Shown in pieces: positions 18,071 through 28,134 of a DNA stretch of 64,000 bases. The number at the start of each line of letters is the position of its first letter. The first letter of the stretch is position 1. Origin of the DNA: an uncultured Flavobacteriales bacterium (GTDB lineage Bacteria; Bacteroidota; Bacteroidia; Flavobacteriales; Schleiferiaceae); NCBI GenBank assembly GCA_963925515.1, contig CAWURU010000001.1, positions 10,246 to 74,245 on the forward strand, written 5' to 3'. The position numbers and the translations under genes were made by a program. Under the pieces are notes generated by a model, which saw only the letters and a program-made list of their open reading frames with translations, made no database searches and was not told the origin of the DNA.

Positions 18071-19570
18071 CTATTTTTTTTCCAGCGCGCCAATCGTAGC
18101 AGATTGACTTCGAAGCGTTCCTTCTAAATCAAGCATTGGCGAAATGTTCGTAGGGTTTGATTTTGCGAAAAGTGTAGAAATGGAGTCAGGCTTGAATTGC
18201 CATTGATCAGCAGGAATAAGTGCGCTAGGTGAGAAGCCCCAAGTCAAATTAAACATGGTGTCATCAAACATCAAACTATCTGACAGGTTGTAGTGACCAA
18301 GTTCGGGGCTGGGTTCTATCCTCAAGGCACAAGACTTGAAATTCACCAAGAAATTGTCGTTTGGATCTATGCCCATGGCGACTTCGTTCGGGAGTGTTCC
18401 GCTAATTAATGAGTTGGTGTACAACGCCGAAATTGGCCTGGTATAACGTATCCCTAAGGCATCTTCATAAAAATTCATCAATCCCACAGAAGTTCCTCCT
18501 CTGGAAGAAAACCCCCAAGTATTATAAAACGTACAATGATCGAACAGGTAGGTTCCACCGAGCGCATAAAATCCATAAACGCCGCTTGGCCCTATAGCCA
18601 AATTCGTTGCTTTAATATTTGCGAAACCAGCATATAAACTTACCCGTGAATTATGGGTAAGGATCACATTGTGTAGTTCAATGTTAGGGGTTGATTTCCA
18701 TGAGCTGTCAATTCTCAACGCGTTAGTTGCGTTTTTAATCAACGTGTTGTTGATGATGCTGTGTCCTTGATCGCCGCCCATAATGAAGATGCCTCCTAAC
18801 AAACCTCCCCATTGACCGGGTACCCATTCATATTCAGGTTCTAGGCGATCTCCTTGAAACACCACGGGATTAGAAAAATCGCCTTGTAAATCCTTGTCAA
18901 TAAACAAATTACCATCACGATATACCCAGAGTCCACTAGCATCATGTAAATGTACCTGTGTACCAGGTTCAATGGTTAATGTTCTTGCGCTATCTACAAC
19001 GGCGTAGCCATAAACAACATGTGGTTTTGATGCATCCCATACCTCATTATCTGATAAAATGGAGTAGGCTAGTTTTAACGGAGGTAGTGGGCTTGGGCGC
19101 TCTATAGTAAGTACGTTTGTTGGAAAATGATAGTAGGCATCCCAAACTGCAGTAATTAAATTTACATGTTGTCTTACCGAGCCGTTCTCGAAAAAAATGC
19201 TATCTGTATAGACCAGCTCATCTTGACCTGCCGCATCCGGGCTTACTTTTATAAATAGGTAGGCACTATCTTTTGCTAAAATCTCTATGTTATCTGATGT
19301 GTGGCCGCTAATACCGTCAATATTTAAGGAATAAAAACTTTCCTGACCACGCGCTAAATAGACCTTGTCTACCGTTACGTTTTCGTTAGATCGGTTAAAA
19401 ACCTTTAAGGTTCTCGTTGAGCTACCAAGCCCTGTGAAAACGGTATCGACATAGATGGTGTCTTGAGAGAACTCTAATGTGACGTTAGACCCCGTAAATT
19501 GTACAGTTTTCCTACAACTTCCTAGAAACAGGGCCAATACTAAAGTAAAAAGTAAAATATAGTGCTTCAT
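18071..19570 (-). CDS. Hypothetical lipoprotein
   Basis: 499 aa. Lipoprotein signal LVLALFLGSC. No motif recognised. Confidence 0.6.
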   Translation of the reverse strand: MKHYILLFTLVLALFLGSCRKTVQFTGSNVTLEFSQDTIYVDTVFTGLGSSTRTLKVFNRSNENVTVDKVYLARGQESFYSLNIDGISGHTSDNIEILAKDSAYLFIKVSPDAAGQDELVYTDSIFFENGSVRQHVNLITAVWDAYYHFPTNVLTIERPSPLPPLKLAYSILSDNEVWDASKPHVVYGYAVVDSARTLTIEPGTQVHLHDASGLWVYRDGNLFIDKDLQGDFSNPVVFQGDRLEPEYEWVPGQWGGLLGGIFIMGGDQGHSIINNTLIKNATNALRIDSSWKSTPNIELHNVILTHNSRVSLYAGFANIKATNLAIGPSGVYGFYALGGTYLFDHCTFYNTWGFSSRGGTSVGLMNFYEDALGIRYTRPISALYTNSLISGTLPNEVAMGIDPNDNFLVNFKSCALRIEPSPELGHYNLSDSLMFDDTMFNLTWGFSPSALIPADQWQFKPDSISTLFAKSNPTNISPMLDLEGTLRSQSATIGALEKK

Positions 19571-19631
19571 CTATTGCGAAGCTACATTACTATTTTTGTA
19601 CTAGCAACGAGTTATATGTGAACATTTATCT

Positions 19632-19639
19632 TATATTTG
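19632..19639 (+). promoter_or_regulatory. Candidate -7 box (TATATTTG) for rpmE
   Basis: Exact TAnnTTTG, 59 nt upstream of the ATG at 19698. Confidence 0.4.
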
Positions 19640-19697
19640 CCGACTAATTAAGAACCTGGGGCTTGGGCCAAAACTCAAGCTGTTAAAGTAAATTAAA

Positions 19698-19946
19698 ATG
19701 AGAAAAGGAATTCACCCTGAAAATTACCGTCCTTGTGTTTTTAAAGACATGGGATCTGGTGATCAGTTCATCACAAAGTCATGTGCTGAGGCAAAAGACA
19801 CTATCGAATTAGATGGTGTTGAATACCCACTAATTAAAATGGAAATTTCTAGCTATTCTCACCCTTTCTACACTGGTAAAGTGAAGTTGGTAGATACTGC
19901 TGGTCGTGTTGATAAATTCCGCACTCGTTACGGAAAAAAGAGTTAG
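19698..19946 (+). CDS. rpmE: 50S ribosomal protein L31, type B (no CxxC zinc motif)
   Basis: 82 aa. MRKGIHPENYRP... and SHPFYTGK...DTAGRVDKF. Lacks the paired CxxC motifs. Confidence 0.92.
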   Translation: MRKGIHPENYRPCVFKDMGSGDQFITKSCAEAKDTIELDGVEYPLIKMEISSYSHPFYTGKVKLVDTAGRVDKFRTRYGKKS

Positions 19947-19970
19947 TAATATTTATTACTTTAAAATAGA

Positions 19971-19997
19971 AGACCCGCCTAGGCGGGTCTTTTTTTT
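19971..19997 (+). terminator. Rho-independent terminator after rpmE
   Basis: Stem GACCCGC, loop CTAG, stem GCGGGTC, followed by T8. Confidence 0.85.
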
Positions 19998-20033
19998 GCC
20001 CTAAATTGGATACATCAACCAAACAAAACTCAG

Positions 20034-21185
20034 ATGAAAATTCTACTTGTAGATGGACCTAGTCGTACCGATCTTTTACCCCTGACTTTTACACGTCCGG
20101 TTTCAGCTTTACGCTGCGGTATCTTAACCATAGCAGAAAAGTATACGAACCGTGGAGTGCGCATAGGTTTCAGAACGGAGGACTATTTGTCGAAGAAATT
20201 TTCATCAATAGCGAATCCTGATTTTTCAATTTTGGGCTCTGTATGTCCCACATCGTCTTTTTTAAGGGCTGTGTCTGGTCTTAAGGAAGGCGAGTACTTG
20301 GCTCAAGACACGCATACATTGGCGGTAAGAGGCGGCGAGTTAGATATTACCGGGAAGAATAGGGTTGAGTTCACGGAAGTACTTAATTTCATTTCTAAGC
20401 CATGGCATATATGGACCAATAATGCCGCGGAGTTAGAGGCTGATTATGACCTGCTGACGGAAGGCCGAACTTCCGCTTCGATCCATAGCTCTAATACTAT
20501 TTTAGGTGATCGTATTTTCCTAGAGGAAGGCGCTAAGGCTACGGCGAGTATCTTAAATACGACGAGCGGTTCTATATACCTTGCTAAAGATGCTGAAATC
20601 ATGGAGGGTTGTATGGTTCGCGGAGGGCTCGCCCTTGGCGAACACTCGGTATTGAAGCTGGGTACTAAGATTTATGGAGCAACGACATTAGGACCTTACT
20701 GTAAAGTGGGAGGAGAGGTAAATAATTGTGTTCTTCTAGGTTATTCCAACAAAGGGCACGATGGTTTTTTAGGAAATAGTGCGCTAGGTGAATGGTGTAA
20801 TTTAGGTGCGGACACTAATAATTCAAATTTAAAAAACAATTACGATCACGTTAAGTCTTGGTCCTACCAGACCAAGCGATTTACCCAAACGGGTGAACAA
20901 TTTTGCGGGTTAATCATGGGTGACCATAGTAAATCAGCAATAAACACCATGTTTAATACAGGAACTGTGGTAGGCGTTAGTGCTAATATTTATGGTGCTG
21001 GGTTTCCACGCAATTTCATCGCCTCATTTAGTTGGGGAGGGCCGCAAGGAACCGTAGAGTATAAACTGGATAAGGCCCTCGATACGGCACAGCGTGTGAT
21101 GAAGCGACGCGGACTTATGGTCGATGACATTGATCAAAATATTTTGGAGCACGTATTTAATGCAACGAAGGAGTTTAGGCGTTAA
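20034..21185 (+). CDS. Putative sugar nucleotidyltransferase with C-terminal left-handed beta-helix (GlmU-like)
   Basis: 383 aa. N-terminal LLVDGPSRTDLLPLTFTRPVSALRCG. Hexapeptide-repeat-like C-terminal half. Confidence 0.65.
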   Translation: MKILLVDGPSRTDLLPLTFTRPVSALRCGILTIAEKYTNRGVRIGFRTEDYLSKKFSSIANPDFSILGSVCPTSSFLRAVSGLKEGEYLAQDTHTLAVRGGELDITGKNRVEFTEVLNFISKPWHIWTNNAAELEADYDLLTEGRTSASIHSSNTILGDRIFLEEGAKATASILNTTSGSIYLAKDAEIMEGCMVRGGLALGEHSVLKLGTKIYGATTLGPYCKVGGEVNNCVLLGYSNKGHDGFLGNSALGEWCNLGADTNNSNLKNNYDHVKSWSYQTKRFTQTGEQFCGLIMGDHSKSAINTMFNTGTVVGVSANIYGAGFPRNFIASFSWGGPQGTVEYKLDKALDTAQRVMKRRGLMVDDIDQNILEHVFNATKEFRR

Positions 21186-21192
21186 ACAACGC

Positions 21193-21846
21193 TTAAAGTG
21201 CCTTTAAGGCAGATATAGTTGCTTCTGGATCATCGCTTTTGAAAACAAACGACCCGGCAACCAAAGCATCTGCTCCTGCTGCGATCAACCTAGCTCCTGT
21301 TTCAAGATTGACTCCGCCATCAATTTCAATAATTGCACTTGACCCGCTTTGATCGATAAGCGTTCTTGCTTGAGTTGTTTTGTGAATGGTATTCTCTATG
21401 AACGTTTGTCCACCAAATCCTGGGTTGACACTCATTAAAAGTACGAGGTCTAAGTCACCAATAATGTCTTGTAAAACATGGACTGGAGTATGTGGGTTTA
21501 ACGCAACTCCAGCTTTCATTCCAGCGTTGTGAATTTCTTGTATCGTTCTATGAAGATGGGTACATGCTTCATAATGAACCGTTAGAATATCAGCTCCACA
21601 GTCCTTAAAGGCCTGGATATATCGCTCAGGCTGTACAATCATCAAGTGCACATCCATGACCTTCTCGCAGTTAGCGGCCATAGTTTTTACGATTGGCATA
21701 CCATAGCTTATGTTAGGTACGAAGACACCGTCCATAACATCAATATGAAACCAGTCAGCTTCACTTTTATTGACCATCTGACAGTCTCTTTGGAGATTTC
21801 CGAAATCAGCTGCTAACAGCGAAGGAGAAATGATAGGTGAAGCCAT
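21193..21846 (-). CDS. rpe: Ribulose-phosphate 3-epimerase
   Basis: 217 aa. ISPSLLAADFGNL, MSVNPGFGGQ and EIDGGVN motifs. Confidence 0.92.
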   Translation of the reverse strand: MASPIISPSLLAADFGNLQRDCQMVNKSEADWFHIDVMDGVFVPNISYGMPIVKTMAANCEKVMDVHLMIVQPERYIQAFKDCGADILTVHYEACTHLHRTIQEIHNAGMKAGVALNPHTPVHVLQDIIGDLDLVLLMSVNPGFGGQTFIENTIHKTTQARTLIDQSGSSAIIEIDGGVNLETGARLIAAGADALVAGSFVFKSDDPEATISALKAL

Positions 21847-21867
21847 GAGGTTGCGTTTAAGTTGGTG

Positions 21868-21903
21868 TAAAAATAAAACACCCCGCCGATGATGGCAGGG
21901 TGT
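21868..21903 (-). terminator. Rho-independent terminator after rpoD
   Basis: Minus-strand hairpin ACACCCUGCC, loop AUCAUC, GGCGGGGUGU (one G-U pair), followed by UUUAUUUUU. Lies 28 nt after the rpoD stop. Confidence 0.75.
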
Positions 21904-21930
21904 ATGTAAGAAAAGTTTATACCAAGGTTA

Positions 21931-22794
21931 TTAACCGAGGTAGGTCTTTAATATTTTACTTCTTGAAGTATGTTTCATACGACGAATTGCCTTTTCTTTT
22001 ATCTGACGAACCCTCTCACGAGTCAGGTCAAATTTCTCGCCAATTTCTTCGAGTGTCATAGGGTGCTGACCTCCTAGTCCAAAGTATAAACGGATTACAT
22101 CACCTTCACGTGGAGTTAATGTCGCTAAAGAACGCTCAATTTCTGTGCGTAAAGAGTCCATCATTAAGTCCTCATCTGGGTGTGGGCTATCTGATGAATT
22201 TAAGACATCATATAAATTACTATCCTCTCCTTCTACTAACGGAGCATCCATACTTACGTGACGTCCGGAGTTACGCATGCTCTCCTTAACGTCAGATTCA
22301 CTCATTTCTAAGTGCTTAGAAATTTCAGATGCACTTGGTGGACGTTCGTGCTCCTGCTCTAGGTATGCGTATGCTTTGTTGATTTTATTAATAGAACCAA
22401 TTTTATTCAACGGTAAACGCACAATTCGACTCTGTTCAGCCAATGCTTGAAGAATACTCTGACGAATCCACCAAACAGCGTATGAAATGAACTTAAAACC
22501 ACGGGTTTCATCAAAACGTTGTGCAGCTTTAATCAAACCTAGGTTACCCTCGTTGATTAAATCAGGCAATGTTAGGCCTTGATTTTGGTACTGCTTAGCC
22601 ACGGAAACCACAAAGCGAAGATTCGCTTTGGTTAATTTTTCTAAAGCAATTTGATCACCGGCCTTTATCCTCTGAGCGAGTTCAACTTCCTCTTCAGCCG
22701 TAATAAGCTCCACTTTACCAATTTCCTGTAGATACTTATCTAAAGAAGCTGTTTCGCGGTTGGTAACCTGTTTTGTGATTTTTAACTGTCTCAT
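21931..22794 (-). CDS. rpoD: Primary RNA polymerase sigma factor (short Bacteroidota sigma-A type)
   Basis: 287 aa. Region 2 [10 protein letters not shown] and region 4.2 [17 protein letters not shown]. Confidence 0.92.
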   Translation of the reverse strand: MRQLKITKQVTNRETASLDKYLQEIGKVELITAEEEVELAQRIKAGDQIALEKLTKANLRFVVSVAKQYQNQGLTLPDLINEGNLGLIKAAQRFDETRGFKFISYAVWWIRQSILQALAEQSRIVRLPLNKIGSINKINKAYAYLEQEHERPPSASEISKHLEMSESDVKESMRNSGRHVSMDAPLVEGEDSNLYDVLNSSDSPHPDEDLMMDSLRTEIERSLATLTPREGDVIRLYFGLGGQHPMTLEEIGEKFDLTRERVRQIKEKAIRRMKHTSRSKILKTYLG

Positions 22795-22817
22795 GCTCGA
22801 GAATGAATTTTAGTGAA

Positions 22818-22844
22818 GTGAGGAAAACCTAAGGTTTTCCTCAC
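22818..22844 (-). other. Perfect 12-bp hairpin between pnp and rpoD (possible attenuator or processing site; no U-tract)
   Basis: Stem GTGAGGAAAACC, loop TAA, stem GGTTTTCCTCAC. The downstream sequence on the coding strand is not T-rich. Confidence 0.5.
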
Positions 22845-22869
22845 CTTAACAATCTAAATAAAGCTTCGG

Positions 22870-24993
22870 TTATTCGCCTTCCTTTTCAGGTTTAGGCAGA
22901 AGAACTTTTCTAGAGAGCTTCATCTTACCTGCTTTATCAACTTCGAGAAGTTTGACGCTAATCGTGTCACCTTCCTTCAGTACATCTTCAACATTTTTGA
23001 CACGAGTCCAATCGATTTCAGAAATGTGTAACAAACCTTGAATTTTAGGAGCGATTTCTACAAAAGCACCATAAGTCTGGACTCCGCGAACAATTCCTTC
23101 ATAGACTTCGCCTATAGTTGGTTCGAATGCGATAGCACGAATCATGTCGAGTGCTTTGTTCATCATATCATAGTCCTTTCCAGAAATTTGAATATGACCT
23201 CTTTCCTCAATTTCCTCAATAGTCACTGTTGTGCCTGTATCCGCTTGGATGCCTTGAATGTTTTTTCCACCAGGGCCGATTATTGGACCTATGAATTCTT
23301 TCTTAACAGTAATAGTAATGATCTTAGGCGCGTTAGGTTTTAATTCCTTACGTGACTCAGGCATAGTCTTTAGCATCTCAGAAAGAATGTGCATACGGCC
23401 TGCGCGACTCTGCATTAGCGCACTTACAAGAATTTCATAGCTCAAACCTTTAACCTTGATGTCCATCTGACAAGCAGTGATACCTTTTTCTGTACCGGTT
23501 ACTTTGAAATCCATGTCTCCCAAGTGATCTTCATCACCCAAGATATCTGAAAGTACAGCATAATTTTCACCATCAGAGATAAGGCCCATGGCTATACCAC
23601 TTACTGGTCTAACCATCTCAATCCCTGCATCCATTAGAGCAAGTGTACCCGCACAAACTGTAGCCATAGAAGACGAACCGTTTGATTCAAGAATATCACT
23701 TACCACACGAATCGTATATGGATTTTCAGGGCTCACCATTTTGTATAATGCGCGCTGGGCAAGATTACCATGTCCAATTTCACGTCTGCTTACCCCGCGA
23801 ACAGGACGAGCTTCACCCGTGGAAAATGGAGGGAAGTTATAGTGTAAATAGAATTTTTCCTCACCCTTAAAGGTTGCGTCATCAATTCTATTGGTATCCA
23901 TCGAAGTACCTAAGGTAACCGTAGTCAGGGATTGAGTTTCTCCACGAGTGAAGACTGCAGATCCGTGTGCACCAGGTAAATAATCTATTTCAGACCAGAT
24001 ATCGCGTATGTCAGTAGTCTTACGTCCATCTAAACGTTGACCATCTGCTAGTACCATGTGACGAACAGCTTTGTATTCCACGTCGTGGAAATAAGTTTTC
24101 GCAAAACCTTTGTTTTCCGCCAACCAAGCGTCGTCCTTACCGTCTAAGTATTCGTTAAGAATAGCTTTGAATTGAGCGGAACGTTCGTGCTTAGGCAATG
24201 CACTTTTAGATACAGCGTATACTTTATCGTAAGTAGCAGCCATAACATCCTGACGAACTTCGTCATTGTGGGTTTCATGGTTGTATTCACGTTTAACATG
24301 CGACTTCTCAACTTGAGCAGCCATGTTTATTTGTGCTGTAACTTGAAGTTTAATGGCTTCGTGTGCAAACTTAATAGCCTCCACCATTTCTTCTTCAGAA
24401 ACTTCACGCATTTCACCTTCTACCATGACAACGCTGTCCATGGACGCTCCAATGGTCATGTCAAGATCAATTTCTTTGAGTTGATTAGGTGTAGGGTTGA
24501 TGATAAATTCGCCATTAAGACGACCTACTCTAACTTCAGATATAGGACCGTCAAAAGGAAGGTCACTTACTGCAATAGCAGCGGAAGCAGCCAATCCAGC
24601 TAAAGAAGTAGCTTCTACTTCTGGATCGTAAGAGATCATTTGAATCATTAATTGGATCTCAGCGTGGTAGTCCTTTGGAAACAAGGGACGAAGTACGCGA
24701 TCGATCAAACGCATGGTTAGGATTTCTGTGTCAGATGGACGTCCCTCACGTTTGAGGAATCCTCCAGGAACACGTCCATTCGCTGCGAATTTTTCACGAT
24801 AATCAACGGTAAGCGGAAGAAAGTCAATACCTTCTTTAGCTTCTTTGCTAGACACCACTGTGGCTAACAGCATAGTACCACCACATCTCACAACGACAGA
24901 GCCATCAGCTTGTTTGGCTAACTTACCAGTCTCAAGTGTGATTTCTCTTCCGTCAGGAAGTGCGATAGTTTCAATAATTGCTTTTGGAATCAT
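22870..24993 (-). CDS. pnp: Polyribonucleotide nucleotidyltransferase (PNPase)
   Basis: 707 aa. Two RNase PH-like halves, KH motif GPGGKNIQ, S1 domain [23 protein letters not shown] at 24993 ([10 protein letters not shown]...) is preferred over the track start. Confidence 0.93.
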   Translation of the reverse strand: MIPKAIIETIALPDGREITLETGKLAKQADGSVVVRCGGTMLLATVVSSKEAKEGIDFLPLTVDYREKFAANGRVPGGFLKREGRPSDTEILTMRLIDRVLRPLFPKDYHAEIQLMIQMISYDPEVEATSLAGLAASAAIAVSDLPFDGPISEVRVGRLNGEFIINPTPNQLKEIDLDMTIGASMDSVVMVEGEMREVSEEEMVEAIKFAHEAIKLQVTAQINMAAQVEKSHVKREYNHETHNDEVRQDVMAATYDKVYAVSKSALPKHERSAQFKAILNEYLDGKDDAWLAENKGFAKTYFHDVEYKAVRHMVLADGQRLDGRKTTDIRDIWSEIDYLPGAHGSAVFTRGETQSLTTVTLGTSMDTNRIDDATFKGEEKFYLHYNFPPFSTGEARPVRGVSRREIGHGNLAQRALYKMVSPENPYTIRVVSDILESNGSSSMATVCAGTLALMDAGIEMVRPVSGIAMGLISDGENYAVLSDILGDEDHLGDMDFKVTGTEKGITACQMDIKVKGLSYEILVSALMQSRAGRMHILSEMLKTMPESRKELKPNAPKIITITVKKEFIGPIIGPGGKNIQGIQADTGTTVTIEEIEERGHIQISGKDYDMMNKALDMIRAIAFEPTIGEVYEGIVRGVQTYGAFVEIAPKIQGLLHISEIDWTRVKNVEDVLKEGDTISVKLLEVDKAGKMKLSRKVLLPKPEKEGE

Positions 24994-25024
24994 ATATAAT
25001 GTAAATAGATACTTTTTTATACGC

Positions 25025-25053
25025 AAAAAGGCAATTGTATAAATTGCCTTTTT
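25025..25053 (-). terminator. rpsO terminator / pnp leader hairpin
   Basis: Stem GGCAATT, 5-nt loop, stem AATTGCC, extendable by A5/T5 flanks. Lies 20 nt after the rpsO stop and 32 nt before the pnp ATG. Confidence 0.7.
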
Positions 25054-25073
25054 GTGAATGCGCTAGACTGAGG

Positions 25074-25343
25074 TTATTTTCTCAATCCTAGTTTTTCGAT
25101 AATTGCACGGTAACGTGTAATATCTGTTTTCTTCAAATAATTAAGAAGCTTTCTTCTTTTTCCAACCAAAGTGATCAACGAACGCTCTGTGTTGTGGTCT
25201 TTTCTGTTTTGCTTCAAGTGTCCAGTCAAATGACTGATACGGAAGCTGAATAATGCAATCTGGCCTTCAGAAGAACCAGTGTCTTTAGCTGATCCACCGT
25301 ATTCCGAGAAGATCTCTGCTTTTTTTTCAGTTGTTAGGTACAT
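25074..25343 (-). CDS. rpsO: 30S ribosomal protein S15
   Basis: 89 aa from ATG at 25343 ([12 protein letters not shown]...). [19 protein letters not shown] motif. The track extension contains the candidate promoter. Confidence 0.92.
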   Translation of the reverse strand: MYLTTEKKAEIFSEYGGSAKDTGSSEGQIALFSFRISHLTGHLKQNRKDHNTERSLITLVGKRRKLLNYLKKTDITRYRAIIEKLGLRK

Positions 25344-25382
25344 ACCAAAATCGTATTTAGATGTTTGTAATGCTTTGAGCCG

Positions 25383-25390
25383 CAAATATA
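25383..25390 (-). promoter_or_regulatory. Candidate -7 box (TATATTTG) for rpsO(-pnp)
   Basis: Exact TAnnTTTG on the minus strand, 40 nt upstream of the rpsO ATG. Confidence 0.45.
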
Positions 25391-25425
25391 ATTAAATATA
25401 TGTAGCCATATATACCTAATTGGCT

Positions 25426-25956
25426 TTATTTATCGAGCCAATATAATTTAGTTCCAACACGAATCTCCGCCGCTGCCGCTGCGCCACCTAGAGTCTCAAG
25501 AACGTAGCTAGCTGGAGCACCACTAGGAAGACTTTTTAAGGACAAAGGCTCTGCATTGGCCTGTATGCTCACCACTTCATTTTGGTTGTTGATATAGATA
25601 ATATCTAAAGGAACGATCGTGTTTTTCATCCAAAAACTCCTTGGCTGATCACCGCCAGGCATAAAGAAGAGCATACTCATGTCCATCAAAACGGTTCGAC
25701 GATACATCATGCCAATCTCTATTGTTTCTGCATTTTTAGCGTATTCAGTTCTAAACGTCGCACTGGTATCATTGCCATTAACTACCCAAACCGTTCCGTC
25801 TTGTCTAAACGGCGGTTCATATGGTTTTTTTGAGGGTTGTATGGAAGATCCCGCACTGTTGTTAAATTTTCCAATTCCACTGATGATCGAAGGGATAATA
25901 AATGCAGCTAGGCCAATGCCTATAATCCAAACAGCATACTTTCTTACTGCGTTCAT
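25426..25956 (-). CDS. DUF192 domain protein with N-terminal membrane anchor
   Basis: 176 aa from ATG at 25956. FWMKNTIVPLDIIYI and YVLETLGG motifs typical of DUF192. ATGA overlap with the lgt stop. Confidence 0.7.
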   Translation of the reverse strand: MNAVRKYAVWIIGIGLAAFIIPSIISGIGKFNNSAGSSIQPSKKPYEPPFRQDGTVWVVNGNDTSATFRTEYAKNAETIEIGMMYRRTVLMDMSMLFFMPGGDQPRSFWMKNTIVPLDIIYINNQNEVVSIQANAEPLSLKSLPSGAPASYVLETLGGAAAAAEIRVGTKLYWLDK

Positions 25957-27017
25957 ATTTTTTCTTTTATAGAAATGACAACCAATAGTATACCTATGCT
26001 GACCAGAGGTACACTGAGCCATTGTCCCATATTTAATGACATGGTCTGCTCAAATGAAACTTGTATTTCTTTGAAGTACTCGATGAAGAATCGGAATCCG
26101 AACAATAGGATTAGGAAAACGCCAAGCAGAAACCCTCTTTTTTCTCCAACAGAGGTCTTTAAGTAGAGTAGTGCAAGGGTGATGAATATTATCCAATAGC
26201 CGAAGGCCTCAAACAATTGTGTCGGATGGCGCGGTATTCCTAAAACATCAATTTCACTATACAATCCTTCGTCGTCGGAGAAAACGGCACTCTTAGTGCC
26301 TTCTATAACGAGTAGGTTTTTGCGGTCTTTACGTTGCGAGTCTAGGATTTTACTCAAATAGACGTCTGTATACTCGACGATTTGATTGTCATTTAGATTT
26401 CTAAACCTCAAAGAAGCGGTTAGTATGGGGTAGACCATAGAATCTGTTGTCAATTCCCTTCCGGTTGTTTCGAACTCAACGGAACTTAAACTCCCTGCAT
26501 ATCCTCTTAATAGACTGCTCCTGGCATCTTCAACAAACACTGTTTGGAAAACACCATTGGATGGTGCACCATATATTTCCGAATTGAACCAGTTGCCCAT
26601 TCTGATAAAGCCTGCGGCAAGAGCAACAACAATCACAATTCGATCTAGTGTCCAAAGAGGGTGTTGTTTTGCTATTTTTTTTGACCAATAAATCATTGCG
26701 AGTACAATCACGACGGCTGCACCATGAGAGGCTAACCCGCCTTTCCAGACCATAAAGATTTCACCAAGGTGATCTTTGTAATAACCCCAGTCGTAAAAGA
26801 TGACATGTCCAAGTCTCGCACCTACTATTGTAGCGCCCACCATCCAATAGACCAGGCTGTCCATGAGCTTGGGATTGATATTTTCTTTTTTAAAAATATA
26901 TTGCATTCCATATTGTCCCAGGACAAAGCTGATAATGAACATCAACGAATAGAACCTCAATTGAAATCCCGCAATGGGTATATGGTTGGGGAAATCCCAG
27001 ATAATAGTGGCTAGCAT
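25953..27017 (-). CDS. lgt: Prolipoprotein diacylglyceryl transferase with enlarged periplasmic head domain
   Basis: 354 aa. WKGGLASHGA and RHPTQLFEA signature blocks. About 112 residues lie between FNSEIYG and RHPTQ. Confidence 0.88.
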   Translation of the reverse strand: MLATIIWDFPNHIPIAGFQLRFYSLMFIISFVLGQYGMQYIFKKENINPKLMDSLVYWMVGATIVGARLGHVIFYDWGYYKDHLGEIFMVWKGGLASHGAAVVIVLAMIYWSKKIAKQHPLWTLDRIVIVVALAAGFIRMGNWFNSEIYGAPSNGVFQTVFVEDARSSLLRGYAGSLSSVEFETTGRELTTDSMVYPILTASLRFRNLNDNQIVEYTDVYLSKILDSQRKDRKNLLVIEGTKSAVFSDDEGLYSEIDVLGIPRHPTQLFEAFGYWIIFITLALLYLKTSVGEKRGFLLGVFLILLFGFRFFIEYFKEIQVSFEQTMSLNMGQWLSVPLVSIGILLVVISIKEKI

Positions 27018-27021
27018 AGGT

Positions 27022-28134
27022 TTATTCTTTCCAGTCTACAAGGAACAAGTTAGTCGCTCTTCCCCCGCCATTATTTCTATTCGAAGCAAAAACCAATTTT
27101 GTCCCGTCAGGAGAAAACATTGGAAAGGAATCGAACGCTTTGTCAAAAGAAATTTGCTTAAGGTTGTTCCCGTCTGTATCAATCATGAATAGATTAAATG
27201 GGAAGCCTTTTTCACTGTGGTGGTTAGATGAAAACACTATTTTATCACCGTTTGGGTGAAAAAATGGTGCCCAATTAGCTTGTCCCAAAGAAGTGATTTG
27301 GGTCAGATTTTTGCCGTCAACGTCACAAGTATATAATTCCATAGAAGTGGGCTCAACCAATCCAGTTGCAAGAAGCGAAGTGTATTTTTCGACTTCTTCC
27401 TCCGAGGTGGGACGTGAACTGCGAAATACCAGTTTTTTAGAATCTGGACTGAAAAACGCTCCACCATCATACCCAAGGCCATCAGTTACTTGTGTGATAT
27501 TGGATCCATCGATATCGCAAACATAAAGCTCTAGATCACCCGACCTGGTAGATGTAAATACAATTTTAGACCCGTCAGGACTCACTGTCGCTTCAGCATC
27601 GTAACCTGGTCCACTAATAATAGTGTCTATAATGTTCCCTTTTAAGTCGCTAACATAAATATCAAAGTCTTCATAGATAGGCCAAACATAGGCGCCGCCT
27701 TCTCCACGCTCAGGTACAGCCGGACAAGCCGAGTCGCCTTTAAAGGTGCTCGCGTAAAGTATGGTTGTATCTCCAGGTAGGAAGTAAGCACAGGTTGTAC
27801 GCCCTAATCCATTGGAAATCATGGTAGGTTCATGTTCTAAAATAGTATCTAAAGCCCAGTCAAAGGCATAGATTTGGTCACAATTGTTTCCCCATTTTTC
27901 AGCGTTACTTTGAAAAGTAAGCTTCTCGCCGTCAAAGCTGAAATAGGCTTCTGCATTGTCTCCACCGTCTGTCAGTTGACGCATGTTGTCAAAATGGTAC
28001 TCCCCTTCATAATTGAGTTCACTCACCCAGGTTGCGCCGCTGTAACCGTCACTAGATTCAGGTCCTGATTGGCTGGTACAACCAATGGCTACCAAACTCG
28101 CTAAAAAAAAAGTTTTTGTCATGTTGTTGATCAT
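27022..28134 (-). CDS. PD40/TolB-like beta-propeller lipoprotein
   Basis: Four or more repeats of the FSPDG(S/T)K(I/L)VF type. Lipoprotein signal FLASLVAIGC. Start is ATG at 28134 (1-nt overlap with the yidD stop) or ATG at 28122. Confidence 0.7.
   Translation of the reverse strand: MINNMTKTFFLASLVAIGCTSQSGPESSDGYSGATWVSELNYEGEYHFDNMRQLTDGGDNAEAYFSFDGEKLTFQSNAEKWGNNCDQIYAFDWALDTILEHEPTMISNGLGRTTCAYFLPGDTTILYASTFKGDSACPAVPERGEGGAYVWPIYEDFDIYVSDLKGNIIDTIISGPGYDAEATVSPDGSKIVFTSTRSGDLELYVCDIDGSNITQVTDGLGYDGGAFFSPDSKKLVFRSSRPTSEEEVEKYTSLLATGLVEPTSMELYTCDVDGKNLTQITSLGQANWAPFFHPNGDKIVFSSNHHSEKGFPFNLFMIDTDGNNLKQISFDKAFDSFPMFSPDGTKLVFASNRNNGGGRATNLFLVDWKE

Noticed and set aside
19698-19946. L31 type B (no zinc-binding CxxC) as a Zur-regulated zinc-starvation paralogue.
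   Set aside because: No palindromic Zur-like operator is visible in the 127-nt upstream region. A normal -7 box is present. To my knowledge the C-minus form is commonly the resident L31 in this phylum. I cannot check for a second copy from this window.
24172-24603. ORFs in the track that are antisense to, or in an alternative frame of, well-supported genes. Examples: 24172-24603 and 23038-23343 inside pnp, 33403-33798 and 32239-32589 inside the VPS10-like gene, 52892-53275 inside pepT, 57283-57636 across nqrA/nqrB, 35742-36038 inside the repeat lipoprotein, and 3707-3994 inside serA.
   Set aside because: Each is fully embedded in a gene with strong family motifs in the other frame or strand. 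Their translations are low-complexity or compositionally odd, and none has a promoter box or a recognisable motif. They are most simply explained as chance open frames in AT-rich DNA.
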